Below are positions 10,733 through 21,148 of a stretch of DNA of 64,000 bases, piece after piece (the first letter of the stretch is position 1; each line of letters begins with the position of its first letter). The DNA is from Candidatus Poribacteria bacterium (GTDB lineage Bacteria; Poribacteria; WGA-4E; PCPOR2b). The notes beneath the pieces were generated by a model. That model searched no databases. It had not been told where the DNA came from and was given only the letters and a program-made list of their open reading frames with translations. The DNA lies in contig OZ240245.1 of assembly GCA_965198175.1 (NCBI GenBank), positions 2,496,001 to 2,560,000 of the forward strand, read 5' to 3'. A program made the position numbers and the translations under genes.

Positions 10733-11911
10733 GTGGCAGTAATCCCAGTCTATCGAAAAGACTTGGGCTACTCGGCATCACGTATCACAAATCACATGTT
10801 CAGAAGGGCAATTGAATTCGGGACGATTGTGAGTTCCTTTATTGTTCAGCGCATACGCTACCGCCAAGTATTGCCTGCTGACTTTAAGCCGCATCGGATT
10901 CTTGTCGTGAAGTTGGATCACCTAGGTGATGTGTTACTCGCCACCCCAGTTTTTTCAAATTTACGCCGTGCCTATCCACACGCACAAATCCATGCGCTCG
11001 TTGGAAGTATAGGCGCCTATGTTCTACGCAACCATCCCGATGTTGACAAAATCATACAGTATGATGCGCGTTTTTTCTGTCGATCCGGACGACCGATGGG
11101 TCTGCGTGATGCATCTCAGCTATTCCGTAGGCTCCGCCTCAAAAAATACGATTTGCTAATCGATTTGCGAGGAGACTGGCTGACAGTAAATTTCGCTCTG
11201 TTTAAAGGGGCGCTTTACCGTTTTGACCTCGCATCACTACAAGCCGAGAATAAACTCGGATATTTTACCTTCACCAGTTCACACGAAGTTGATCGCAACC
11301 TCGATGTCCTCCGTGCTGCAAGCATCCCGACACCCCACAAAACACCCACCTTTCGCACGACACTTGCCGATCAGCGCTGGACTGATGGTTTTCTCAGCAA
11401 CGCAAATGTCGTCAAAGATCGCCCCTTGATTGCCATCCATCCCGGATCTCCAATTAAACTCAAGCGTTGGCGTGCTGAACGTTTCGCCGCAGTCGCGGAT
11501 TGGCTTATTGCACACAAGGACGCCCAGATTCTATTTGTTGGCGAGAAATCCGAGTCCTCAGTAATTGCTAGCGTTCAAAAACAGATGCATCGGAAAGCAA
11601 TCAGTGTCGCAGGTAAAACAATCCTATCTCAACTCGCTGAAATCCTGAGGCGTTGCGATCTGTTTATTGGGAATGACAGTGGCCCCATGCACCTTGCCGC
11701 CGCTATTGGAACCCAGACGATTGGGTTGTATGGGCCAGGCAATCCAGCACGTTTTGGACCTGTAGGTGCCCATAGCTGCACGATTCGGCGGATGCCTAAT
11801 TGCCCGCCGTGTATGGGAACTTCCTGTAAATTCGGCGGGGAGGGATGTATGAAAGAGATTGAGGTAGACGAGGTGATCCACGTGGCTGATCGACATTTGA
11901 TACACACATAG
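10733..11911 (+). CDS. Glycosyltransferase family 9 (heptosyltransferase-like)
   Basis: DHLGDVLL, HPG, KRW, GNDSGPMHLAAA. Start is uncertain. Confidence 0.9.
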   Translation: MAVIPVYRKDLGYSASRITNHMFRRAIEFGTIVSSFIVQRIRYRQVLPADFKPHRILVVKLDHLGDVLLATPVFSNLRRAYPHAQIHALVGSIGAYVLRNHPDVDKIIQYDARFFCRSGRPMGLRDASQLFRRLRLKKYDLLIDLRGDWLTVNFALFKGALYRFDLASLQAENKLGYFTFTSSHEVDRNLDVLRAASIPTPHKTPTFRTTLADQRWTDGFLSNANVVKDRPLIAIHPGSPIKLKRWRAERFAAVADWLIAHKDAQILFVGEKSESSVIASVQKQMHRKAISVAGKTILSQLAEILRRCDLFIGNDSGPMHLAAAIGTQTIGLYGPGNPARFGPVGAHSCTIRRMPNCPPCMGTSCKFGGEGCMKEIEVDEVIHVADRHLIHT

Positions 11912-12011
11912 ATTTTAATAAAGGAAAAAAGCTAGCCCAAGACCTCTGAATCCTGCCGCCGTTACGACATGCAATATCCTCACGCAGAACTCAAAATCGT
12001 ATGAAGTCGAA

Positions 12012-12752
12012 TTAAGGCGATTCATCAGAAACGGCGAGGAATTTTTCAATCTCCGTCTTGAGGTCGTGATTCACCTCTAGGATACTTCGAGAAGCATCGA
12101 CCACTGTAAAACCAAATTCATCGGTCATCTTATCAAACTGTTCAAGGATTCGAGTTTGATACCGCACAAAACTCTCATACACATCCCCTGAGAGGCCAAT
12201 ATCCATACCCGACTCCCAGTAGCTCATGCTGCGCCCAGATTCAAAGGTACGCCGAATTAAATCCTCAACGCCAATCCTCAAGTAGATGATGAGATCCGGT
12301 ATCAACGCAAAGCCGTAGACCTTGCGAAGCCAGCTTGGATTGATGCCGCGTACGATGTGCCGCGCAAAGGCGGTGTACATATAGCGGTCCGCAAGAACGA
12401 TAAATCCCCCTTTGAGAGCCGGAATAATCACATTTTCAAGTCGATCGGCAAAATCAGCGGCATACAAAACGCTGAAAGTAATCTGATTTAGAGTATTGCC
12501 TCTCTTAACTGTGTCAATTGCTGGACCCAATAATGGCGAGCGTGTCCATCCTGTATTGACAACACCATAACCCTTCACCTCAAGCCATTTCGTCAAATTG
12601 TCACTCAGTGTCGGTTTGCCAAGGCTATCGACGCCCTCAATATGTGTTGATCTGCCAACCGCATCAGTCCCTTCAATGACAATTAGTCTGCCAGACAAAT
12701 CGCTCACATCAAGGTAGGGCATGCCGTCACCGTAAAAAATCCGGTCTTTCAT
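12012..12752 (-). CDS. Thymidylate kinase-like protein with variant P-loop
   Basis: IEGTDAVGRST, DFADRL, ADRYMYTAFAR. Paralogue of the neighbouring gene. Confidence 0.85.
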   Translation of the reverse strand: MKDRIFYGDGMPYLDVSDLSGRLIVIEGTDAVGRSTHIEGVDSLGKPTLSDNLTKWLEVKGYGVVNTGWTRSPLLGPAIDTVKRGNTLNQITFSVLYAADFADRLENVIIPALKGGFIVLADRYMYTAFARHIVRGINPSWLRKVYGFALIPDLIIYLRIGVEDLIRRTFESGRSMSYWESGMDIGLSGDVYESFVRYQTRILEQFDKMTDEFGFTVVDASRSILEVNHDLKTEIEKFLAVSDESP

Positions 12753-12889
12753 CTGTTTTCCCTTGTCAAATTAAGTTAGCGCCGAACGAAAGTTTAACAG
12801 CCTTGTACACTTTTCCAAAGCCTTCTGGGCTATAGTTTAAACGCACTGTTTCTTAATGGGACGCCAAACTATGAGAGGGGTACTAACGC

Positions 12890-13603
12890 TTACGCTTCCT
12901 TCTGAAATCGCTCAAGCCCCATTGGTTGATGATGTTTATCATAGTCGATCAATGCCTTCCGAACAACTTCTCTCACAAGTTCCTGCTGCTTGTCAATCGG
13001 ACCGCTGCCGTCAACCACAGTCAATCCAAATTCAGTCGCCAATCGATCGTATTCTTTGAGGACGCGACTCTGGAAGATTTTGAAGCTGGATGTCGAATCA
13101 TCACTTAACCCGAGATCCATACCAGCCTCGTAAAATTTGAGTTTTCCGCGCCCAATCCGAATACGCTTAATGGACACATTAATCGGAATCTTGAAATAAA
13201 ACGTAATATCTGGCTTCACAGCGAAGGAATACAAATTACGTACCCAGTCGGGGTGAACACCGCGGGAAACATCTCGTGCGAATGCCGTGTAAGCATAACG
13301 ATCCGCCATCACAATCATTCCCGCTTCTAGAGGCGGCAAAATCATATTTGCCAATCGGTCGGCGAAATCAGTTGCATGCATGATGCTGAATGTCGTCGGG
13401 GTTAGCAAATTTCTCTTTTTTCCTTTTCGGGTTGTCTGCTTCACAAGGGGGGAGGAATTCCATTCCGTGTAGAACACACTATAGCCCTCGGAGATTAGCC
13501 ATTTGCGCAACAGGTCTAATTGGGTGCTCTTTCCGGAACCGTCGATCCCCTCAACGACAAAGAGTCTTCCCGGATATGGATGCGGTCGTGTAATCTTGTT
13601 CAT
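12890..13603 (-). CDS. tmk: dTMP kinase-family protein
   Basis: Canonical P-loop EGIDGSGKST and ADRY motif. Confidence 0.85.
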   Translation of the reverse strand: MNKITRPHPYPGRLFVVEGIDGSGKSTQLDLLRKWLISEGYSVFYTEWNSSPLVKQTTRKGKKRNLLTPTTFSIMHATDFADRLANMILPPLEAGMIVMADRYAYTAFARDVSRGVHPDWVRNLYSFAVKPDITFYFKIPINVSIKRIRIGRGKLKFYEAGMDLGLSDDSTSSFKIFQSRVLKEYDRLATEFGLTVVDGSGPIDKQQELVREVVRKALIDYDKHHQPMGLERFQKEA

Positions 13604-13975
13604 TTTTCCCTCCTGCTTATCGCTATTAGCTGTGCACTCCCTAATCGCTGCTCCTTAAACCGAGAAGTAAACTGCTGGTTTGCTCCGTGAGATTGGTACA
13701 GCGCCAAATAAGTATGTGGATATTTACCATAGTCTACCACATGCGAGATGGGATTGTAAATACCATCAAGGGTTTCCTTCAAAAGACACAAGCAAAGCCT
13801 GTATATGCAGATTCGAGAGCTTCTGAAACCGAATCCCATCAATCGGCAAATCATACCGTGTGTTCAATTTAGAAGGCTGCTATCTCGCATTCACTAGGAG
13901 CGTATATATTGAAAGGCAAACGTCGGTCGTTTCTAAAGGGAATTCACTCGACCGTGTGTGAGACAGCCCTGACCG

Positions 13976-15010
13976 TCAAGCCACAGTGGAAGTTATGGCT
14001 TCGCCCAACATCTGACGCGCCAAAACAGCTCCGCCGATGACACCCGCGTCGTCGCCGAGTTTCGCACCTACGATTTGGACACCATTCATCGTACTGGGTA
14101 AAACGTGGTTCTCTGCCACGCAGCGGATACCTGCCAAGAAATCATCTCCCATCGCCTCGATAACCCCTCCGCCAAGCACAATCATCTCAGGGTTTAAGAA
14201 ATTAACAATCGAAGCAACACCGATGCCCAGATATCTCTCGGTGCGATGCATCACCTTCGTCGTCAATTTGTCACCCCGATGCACCGCTTTTGCTAAGGTG
14301 CTACTGCGAATCAAATCCAGATTTCCACCGTTCAACTTTAGCAGAATGCTCGCCTTGCCATGTTTGAGAATGGCTTTCCGGAGTTGCCGGGTAATGGCTG
14401 TACGGCTCGCAACAGCTTCCAAACACCCTAAATTTCCGCAACCGCACCGCGGACCGTTGGATTTGACGATAATGTGTCCGACCTCACCGGCAGTTTTGCT
14501 CGCACCATGGAAGAGCTTCCCATCTAAAATGATCCCACCGCCGATTCCGGTGCCGACAAAAATCCCAACGACGGATTTCACCCCCTGCCCGACTCCAAAG
14601 GCTGACTCGCCCAACGCGCATAAATTGACGTCGTTATCGACGAATGTCGAGATGCCCATACGTGCTTCAAGTTCTGATTTGAGAGGGACATTCGACCAGC
14701 CGAGGTTCGGGGCAAAGATAACAACGCCGGTCTCCGGATCCAGTGGCCCCGGTGCGCCAATTCCAATCGCCCGAATCTGGGAGGTTTCGAGCCCCGCTAG
14801 ACCAATCGCTTTTCGGATACACCGAACAATCCGATCAATCACTTCACTCGCGCCTTTATCCGCTCTCGTAGCCGTTTTCGATTGAGATATGATACCTCCT
14901 ACTACGTTGATGACTGACGCTAGAATCTTTGTGCCGCCCATATCGACACCGACAACAAAGTTATCATCAGAGGTCGAAATCCCTGTCAATCGCGCTTGTG
15001 GATCGCTCAT
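13976..15010 (-). CDS. ROK-family sugar kinase (glucokinase-like)
   Basis: GVDMGGTK, DNDVN, GTGIGGG, GEVGH, CGCGNLGCLE. Confidence 0.92.
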   Translation of the reverse strand: MSDPQARLTGISTSDDNFVVGVDMGGTKILASVINVVGGIISQSKTATRADKGASEVIDRIVRCIRKAIGLAGLETSQIRAIGIGAPGPLDPETGVVIFAPNLGWSNVPLKSELEARMGISTFVDNDVNLCALGESAFGVGQGVKSVVGIFVGTGIGGGIILDGKLFHGASKTAGEVGHIIVKSNGPRCGCGNLGCLEAVASRTAITRQLRKAILKHGKASILLKLNGGNLDLIRSSTLAKAVHRGDKLTTKVMHRTERYLGIGVASIVNFLNPEMIVLGGGVIEAMGDDFLAGIRCVAENHVLPSTMNGVQIVGAKLGDDAGVIGGAVLARQMLGEAITSTVA

Positions 15011-15063
15011 CCGACTCAACTCCTTACGAGAATCTATTGATCGTCGAAGAGACGGCTTCTAAT

Positions 15064-15803
15064 CTAGAAGAGAAAGGTGTGTGCGATGATAAAGTAAGAT
15101 AAGATACCAAGAATATCAATTGAAGTAGTGACGAATGACCCGGTCACGATAGCGGGGTCGATTCATATCCGCTTAAAAAGCATTGGAATGATTGTGCCAA
15201 CGGTAGCGGCGAGGATCATGTTGACACAGATTGACAAAGCGACGACAATTGGAAACCAACCCGCTTCCATCTTCCAGTGAAGTACCATTGCAAATATGCC
15301 CAGAAGAATACCATAGATACTACCGAGAGCGGCACCGGTCACAAATTCACGCCACAAAACTTTCCACGCTTCCTTGAAATTCACTTCCCCAGTTGCGAGT
15401 CCCCGTTCGATAATTGTCGATGACTGGGTGCCGATATTGCCGCCCATACCCATGATAATCGGAATGAAAGCTGCGAATGCCGCAATTTGTTTTAATTGTC
15501 CCTCAAATCTGCCGATCAGTTACACAGCAACCAATCCGCCGACAAAACTTGCGAGCAACCACGGCAAGCGTGCGCGAGTATTTTTGAAGATGGATTTGGA
15601 TGCGATATCGATAGCGCCTGTTCCCGCCATTTTTGGCATATCTTCTGTGTTTTCTCTTCGGGGCGCGAGTGCAAAAACCAGTATGCAATATCCGCCGAAT
15701 GTGTCTTTGCGATAACATTTTTGAGGTTCGGTAACGCCCTGCGTTTTATAAGTTTTATCACCATTGAGATGAGAAATTCATCTCGGTCGCGTGTAGTTAT
15801 CAT
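15064..15803 (-). pseudogene. mgtE: Magnesium transporter MgtE pseudogene
   Basis: MgtE motifs HSADIA, TEDM, RARLPWL, GMGGNIGTQS and IDPAIVTGSFVTT. Central domains are missing with a frameshift near 15650. In-frame TAA at 15520-15522 and TGA at 15163-15165. Confidence 0.88.
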
Positions 15804-15841
15804 GTCTTTGTTGTTCCTATAAGGTCATAGTAGGTGCTCAC

Positions 15842-16927
15842 CTATTTCTCAAAAGTCTTCGCGCGTTGACGGAGGAAGTGATCAACCAGAACCAGCGCAA
15901 CCATTGCCTCGACAATCGACACCGCCCGAGGTAACACACATGGATCATGCCGCCCATGTGCGGATAAAACTACTGCGTTACCATGGATGTCCACGGTTTC
16001 CTGCGGCTTGCGGATTGTCGATGTTGGTTTGAAAGCGACTTGTAAAAGAATATTTTCGCCGTTTGAAATACCCCCTTGGATGCCGCCAGAGTTGTTTGTC
16101 CGCGTGCGAATGCGCTCCTGATCGGTGTAAAACGAATCGTTATGCTGCGAACCGGTCATCGTCACACTTTCAAAACCTGACCCGATCTGGACGCCCATTG
16201 TCGCCGGGAGGGACATCATCGCCTTTGCCAAATCCGCCTTGAGCTTGTCAAACACCGGTTCACCGAGCCCAATCGGAACGTTCCGCGACACCGACTCGAT
16301 AATCCCACCAAGCGAATCACCATCTCGCCTCGCTTGATCGATGCGTTCTGTCATCTGCTTACTGGCTTTGGGTTCCGGGCATCTAGCTAGGCTCGATTCA
16401 ATCTTATCTAGGGTAACCGTTTCCGAATCGACATCGGCGACTATCGTGTGAATCTGCTTGACGTAGGCGAGTATTTCTGTGTTGCACTGCTCCCGCAAGA
16501 TTTGTTTTGCAATTGCGCCTGCTGCCACCCGTCCAATTGTTTCGCGTGCACTCGCCCGACCACCCCCTTGCCAGTTGCGGATGCCGTACTTCTGCCGGTA
16601 AGTGAAGTCGGCATGAGACGGTCGATAAATGTCTTTTAGGTGTTCATAGGCGGAGGGTTTTGCATCCTTGTTCCATACCAACATGGAGATTGGTGTCCCA
16701 AGTGTCTTGCCTTCAAATACACCTGATAAAACCTGCACCACATCCGTTTCCTGACGTGGAGTTGTAAGATGACTCTGTCCCGGACGACGCCGATCGAGTT
16801 CCGTCTGAATAGCTTCGATGTCGATTTTCAGCTGCGACGGACATCCATCAATCACGACGCCAATGGCGTCGCCATGCGATTCGCCCCACGTCGTGATTCG
16901 AAAAAGATGACCGAAGGTATTTCCCAT
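15842..16927 (-). CDS. aroC: Chorismate synthase
   Basis: [38 protein letters not shown]. Confidence 0.97.
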   Translation of the reverse strand: MGNTFGHLFRITTWGESHGDAIGVVIDGCPSQLKIDIEAIQTELDRRRPGQSHLTTPRQETDVVQVLSGVFEGKTLGTPISMLVWNKDAKPSAYEHLKDIYRPSHADFTYRQKYGIRNWQGGGRASARETIGRVAAGAIAKQILREQCNTEILAYVKQIHTIVADVDSETVTLDKIESSLARCPEPKASKQMTERIDQARRDGDSLGGIIESVSRNVPIGLGEPVFDKLKADLAKAMMSLPATMGVQIGSGFESVTMTGSQHNDSFYTDQERIRTRTNNSGGIQGGISNGENILLQVAFKPTSTIRKPQETVDIHGNAVVLSAHGRHDPCVLPRAVSIVEAMVALVLVDHFLRQRAKTFEK

Positions 16928-17159
16928 GGTGATACCCCCAATCTAACCGATATTAGTTCCGTATCGAATGATGTCCAAAATCCCTCTTGACAATGCTATC
17001 AAGATTGATTACCCTATCTTTATAATTGATGTGGATGACTTGGCAAATATAGCATATCATTACCTGAATATCAACTGAAAATCTTTAATTCACCTTGAAT
17101 CGCGACGCAAACGCAAATATATCGAAGCCTTTGTGGCAGGATTACGGAGGAGGAAAAAA

Positions 17160-17852
17160 TTGATTAGGAAAATTTTCAAACGGTTACAAATCAGTTGGGT
17201 GCTCACCTTTATCCTCGTCGGAGTGCTTTGGAATACACCGATAGTATATCCGCTGAAACTTCTCGTGGTATTCTTGCACGAACTCAGTCACGGCATTGCA
17301 GCGGTGGCGACTGGGGGTAGCATTGAAGAAATTGTTGTCGTACCCCAAGAAGGCGGGCACACACTCACAATCGGCGGTTCGCGCTTCTGGACGCTCTCAG
17401 CCGGATATCTTGGAAGTCTAGTTTGGGGCGGATTGATTCTCGTGCTGGCTGCACGAACCCACCTTGACAAGCTGCTCAGCGTAGTGATCGGTGCTGGTAT
17501 GATCCTCGTTTCGATCTGTTATGGGGGAAACTGGTTTGTGCACCTTTTCGGTATTGCGTTTGGTGGAGGGCTTATTCTCGTCGGCGGCTTACTCCCGGAG
17601 TCCATCAACGACTGGATTCTTCGAGTCATCGGTTTTACCAGTTGCCTCTACGCTATCCTCGATATTAAGAGTGACGTATTAGATCGTAGCGGGGTTCGCT
17701 CCGACGCGCGTATGCTCCATGAAGAGCTCACGCCATTCATTCCAACCGTTGCTTGGGGAATCCTCTGGATCATTATTGCTATCATTGGTACCTTCTTCTT
17801 CTTGTACCTTTCGGGCGAAGATAAGGCGGATTTAGATGAAACAACGCAATGA
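17160..17852 (+). CDS. M50B-like membrane metallopeptidase
   Basis: HELSH, AGYLGS, SDA motifs and several TM helices. TTG start after GGAGGAGG. Confidence 0.8.
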   Translation: MIRKIFKRLQISWVLTFILVGVLWNTPIVYPLKLLVVFLHELSHGIAAVATGGSIEEIVVVPQEGGHTLTIGGSRFWTLSAGYLGSLVWGGLILVLAARTHLDKLLSVVIGAGMILVSICYGGNWFVHLFGIAFGGGLILVGGLLPESINDWILRVIGFTSCLYAILDIKSDVLDRSGVRSDARMLHEELTPFIPTVAWGILWIIIAIIGTFFFLYLSGEDKADLDETTQ

Positions 17853-17888
17853 TGGAAAGGCATGATCCATCCTTGAGTTTCCCAGCAC

Positions 17889-19838
17889 TTACGGCCAAAA
17901 CTGATATAACGGGGTGTTGGTTACAATGCTCAAAACGCTCCAGATGTGACCCAGGATATAGTCTCCCAATGCAATCCCTAGGAAGAAGGGAATTGCGCGG
18001 TGATAAGCTCGAAACCCACCGTGACGCAAGATTGCCGCCTTGAGTATCCATGTGATGAAAAAACAGCACCACATGTTGTACATTCCTCCAAAACCCCCGC
18101 TTGGGTTCGCCACGGCATAGCCGAGAGGATGAAGTGGCCACCACAGAAAACGCGACCGCAAAAACATCAGCAAAGTGGTCAATCCAAGGCCTCCTCCCAT
18201 AAAAGCGAGCGCGAGCACATCCGTGTCCTGTGGATAATTTAGCCAGTTCTCCAATTGGCGATACACACCGCGCCCAAACCACAACGTCCAAGGTCCGTAG
18301 TACCCCGTTTCTGCGCCGTGTCGGTAGTAGTTATCCAGCAACATCCAAAAGATAGTGGCAGATCCAAGCAGGGTCGCCATAAGAATCGCCGTCGCCATGT
18401 GGCGCGGGTTGATATTTCGCCTTTCCGATATCTTCAAGGCTTCGAGTTGATCCGGCATCGGATGGGCGCGATACGCGCGATTGAAAAACATATAAAGCGA
18501 AAATACAGTTAGATTGCCAGCGCCAAGTCGACGTGTGCCAAACCCGTCAATCATCATGCTGTGCGGATCAATGTAGTGTAAATCGTGGACGAGCAAACCC
18601 GATTCAGCACGCAACCGGGTGATGATGGTCCCCAACAAAAAGTAAATTCCAAAGTAAATAGGCACAACCCATAAAGACAGCCCCGCTTGAAGGGAAAACA
18701 CCATCAGAAACGCCATCCCCATCACAATGCCTCCCCCCGCAAATCGATACGACATCGGTTCACGGGAATCGTCAAGCTGCGACGGAGATGCGCGAGGACT
18801 CAGCAGGTGATGCGCCAAACGCTTGATATGAGATTTGCCAGCCCAGAGTACGAATCCCAACAGTCCAACGTAAGCACCAAAGCCCTGTTCGTTGGCATAA
18901 GGGAAACGTTGGAGATTTCGCCAACCCATCACGCCGCCAATCATTATTTCGAGCTGATAAAACCAAAAAAACGCCCAGCATGAAAACAGTAGATTCAGCG
19001 GGATAAGAAAGCTAATCCCAATAGCAAAGGGATAGAAGGCGACTCCCACGTGTCCCATCATGTTCCAAGGACGGCTAGTGAAGTATTGGTGGATGACCTG
19101 ACGCTTGACCGGAAGATAAGGCGCGGCGGGGTAAATTGAATTGAGCAGGTTCATCGTGCTGATAAGTGCTGCGATGCTAAATCCAATCCACATCAGTCGA
19201 TTCGTAAAGAAACCAGATTTCGTATCTGTCATCCGCAGCGGAAGCTGAATAATTGGATAAGTCAGCCGCTCATGCTCTGTCCATTGAATGCGCAATAGGG
19301 TATTCATGCAGAGCATCACGAACATCAACACCAAGATGAACGAAGTCCACGCGACAATGGGAAGAAACCACGCCCTCAAATATCGCTGTGTATAGAAGCT
19401 TGTCCCACCTTCGTAGTAAGCGACAAGCGCCGTTTCATCCTGAACGGTGAGCCAATTTGGGAGGTGCCTCCAAAATAACTCACGCCACTCGTTTTCAGGC
19501 GTCGCAAATCGGAAAGGATGCCCCATACTCGATATCAGGATTTCCATCATGTCGTGCGAACAGAGTGACGAAACAATGCACAACATGACATAGATGGTGA
19601 GCAGTTCACGCGGTTCCAGTCTAAGTCTAGCGGAGATTTTGCCCAGTACGTGACCAATCAGGAGCAGCCAAAAGACGATGAAAATAACGTTTGAGAGCGG
19701 GTGGATGAGCGTTGGGTGGGTGTAGCGAACAACTTCAAGCTGGATGAGCCAGTAGGCATTAACGAGAATGAGTAACAGCCCAATGACGAAGGACTTGCGT
19801 GTTAAACCGCTTTGGAAAATAACAGGCGTGTCTTGCAT
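17889..19838 (-). CDS. DUF6785/DUF6784-type polytopic membrane protein (putative transporter)
   Basis: ELLTIYVM, QWTEHERLTYPI, RLRAESG, WWPLHPLGY, PFFLG. Start moved downstream to avoid overlapping the PhyH gene. Confidence 0.75.
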   Translation of the reverse strand: MQDTPVIFQSGLTRKSFVIGLLLILVNAYWLIQLEVVRYTHPTLIHPLSNVIFIVFWLLLIGHVLGKISARLRLEPRELLTIYVMLCIVSSLCSHDMMEILISSMGHPFRFATPENEWRELFWRHLPNWLTVQDETALVAYYEGGTSFYTQRYLRAWFLPIVAWTSFILVLMFVMLCMNTLLRIQWTEHERLTYPIIQLPLRMTDTKSGFFTNRLMWIGFSIAALISTMNLLNSIYPAAPYLPVKRQVIHQYFTSRPWNMMGHVGVAFYPFAIGISFLIPLNLLFSCWAFFWFYQLEIMIGGVMGWRNLQRFPYANEQGFGAYVGLLGFVLWAGKSHIKRLAHHLLSPRASPSQLDDSREPMSYRFAGGGIVMGMAFLMVFSLQAGLSLWVVPIYFGIYFLLGTIITRLRAESGLLVHDLHYIDPHSMMIDGFGTRRLGAGNLTVFSLYMFFNRAYRAHPMPDQLEALKISERRNINPRHMATAILMATLLGSATIFWMLLDNYYRHGAETGYYGPWTLWFGRGVYRQLENWLNYPQDTDVLALAFMGGGLGLTTLLMFLRSRFLWWPLHPLGYAVANPSGGFGGMYNMWCCFFITWILKAAILRHGGFRAYHRAIPFFLGIALGDYILGHIWSVLSIVTNTPLYQFWP

Positions 19839-19884
19839 TGGTGTGGATTTCACAGGTTTCTCATTGCACCGCTCTGGGTTACTA

Positions 19885-20730
19885 TCAACCACCGCTCTGG
19901 TATTCCGGTGTTTGCCTGAGCCACGGCTGAAAGAGTTTGCGCTGGTCTTCATCGTACCGCGCCCAGGTCTCCGGCTTGATATGTTGGAGTTCGTCCCAAG
20001 TGGCAATATTTTGTGACATCATCCAACCCGGACCGTAGCCCACATGCAAAGTCTTACGCGGTTTATCCGACCGGATGGTAAACCCGCCGTGGCGCAAATT
20101 CTCAGTAAACACAATGGCGTCGCCGGATTTTACTTCAAGACCGATCATGCCGGGCTCGTCATCTACATGACATTGATAGGGCGGCGCGAACTCTGACTTG
20201 TGAGAGCCAGGCTCCACACAAAAGGAACCGTCCATGTCGCTAACATCGTGAGTAAAGTAAATAAAACGCACCATCATACATTCAATGCCTTTGGCATTTA
20301 CAGCGTAACGATATTTGTAACTGCGGCAATATGCACCACCATGGGTATCGCTGCAATTACCGGGGTAACGTATGCGCAATTCGGAGTTGTTGATGCCGAT
20401 TTCTTCCTGCACAAGGCTGGCGATGTAGGAATTGGTTTTCGGATGGTTGATGAGGAAATCGAAAGCCGAATCGAAGTTGAAAAAATCTTCAATAATCAAA
20501 GTTTGGCTATATTGGTGACCACCTGTGACATAGTACCCACGCTCTGAATTGAAATGATACTCATTACCAAAATTGCCGGTTTTGCGCGGTTCTAACTGGA
20601 AATTCTCAATCGCATGCTGCTCCAATGCGTCAATCGCCGGTTTTAGTCGGCTGACCTCTTCGTCCGTTAGGAAATTTCGCAGAATCAGAAAGCCCTGCCG
20701 GTCAAATTCGTACTGTTCAATCTCCGTCAT
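19885..20730 (-). CDS. PhyH-family Fe/2OG oxygenase (HxG variant)
   Basis: FDRQGFLIL, PGSHKS, GDAIVFTENLRHG. First metal motif reads THGG. Confidence 0.85.
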   Translation of the reverse strand: MTEIEQYEFDRQGFLILRNFLTDEEVSRLKPAIDALEQHAIENFQLEPRKTGNFGNEYHFNSERGYYVTGGHQYSQTLIIEDFFNFDSAFDFLINHPKTNSYIASLVQEEIGINNSELRIRYPGNCSDTHGGAYCRSYKYRYAVNAKGIECMMVRFIYFTHDVSDMDGSFCVEPGSHKSEFAPPYQCHVDDEPGMIGLEVKSGDAIVFTENLRHGGFTIRSDKPRKTLHVGYGPGWMMSQNIATWDELQHIKPETWARYDEDQRKLFQPWLRQTPEYQSGG

Positions 20731-20959
20731 AGTTCATCCACTCCCATGTTTATTTTTTCTACGTGGACAGCATTGTTGATACAATCTGTGAGCGTTCTCG
20801 CAGTTAACATTATACCACAGATTCACGAGGGGTTGCCGAGTTTCCGCGTATATGAGCTTTGCCATGAGATCCTGCAGAAGCGCAGGTTCTTGTGTGTGCG
20901 GTGCTATGGTATCTTCCATCGGTTTGGGTTGGAACAAATTTTGGATTACTTTTACTGGC

Positions 20960-20988
20960 TTGACATAGTCCCCAAATGAAGTTATTCT
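20960..20988 (+). promoter_or_regulatory. Sigma70-like promoter for the ABC transporter
   Basis: TTGACA-N17-TATTCT. Confidence 0.5.
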
Positions 20989-21148
20989 TTTACGGTGCTG
21001 CTAGAGTCAAGACAGTACGTCCGAAATCTTTCCCCACATGATTTTCTCATCAGGCAAGCAATATTAACTAGAAAGCCTCCGCCGTAAAGCAGTTGTGCAT
21101 CTACATACGTTGAACTGAAACGATCAAAAAAAAAAGGGAGAGGCTCCG

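Noticed and set aside
15163..15165. mgtE TGA as selenocysteine
   Set aside because: It falls at the usual Gly of GIDPA, and the gene also has a TAA and a frameshifting deletion.
19839..20006. N-terminal extension of the 705-aa membrane ORF
   Set aside because: It overlaps the PhyH 3' end on the same strand, so a downstream start is more plausible.
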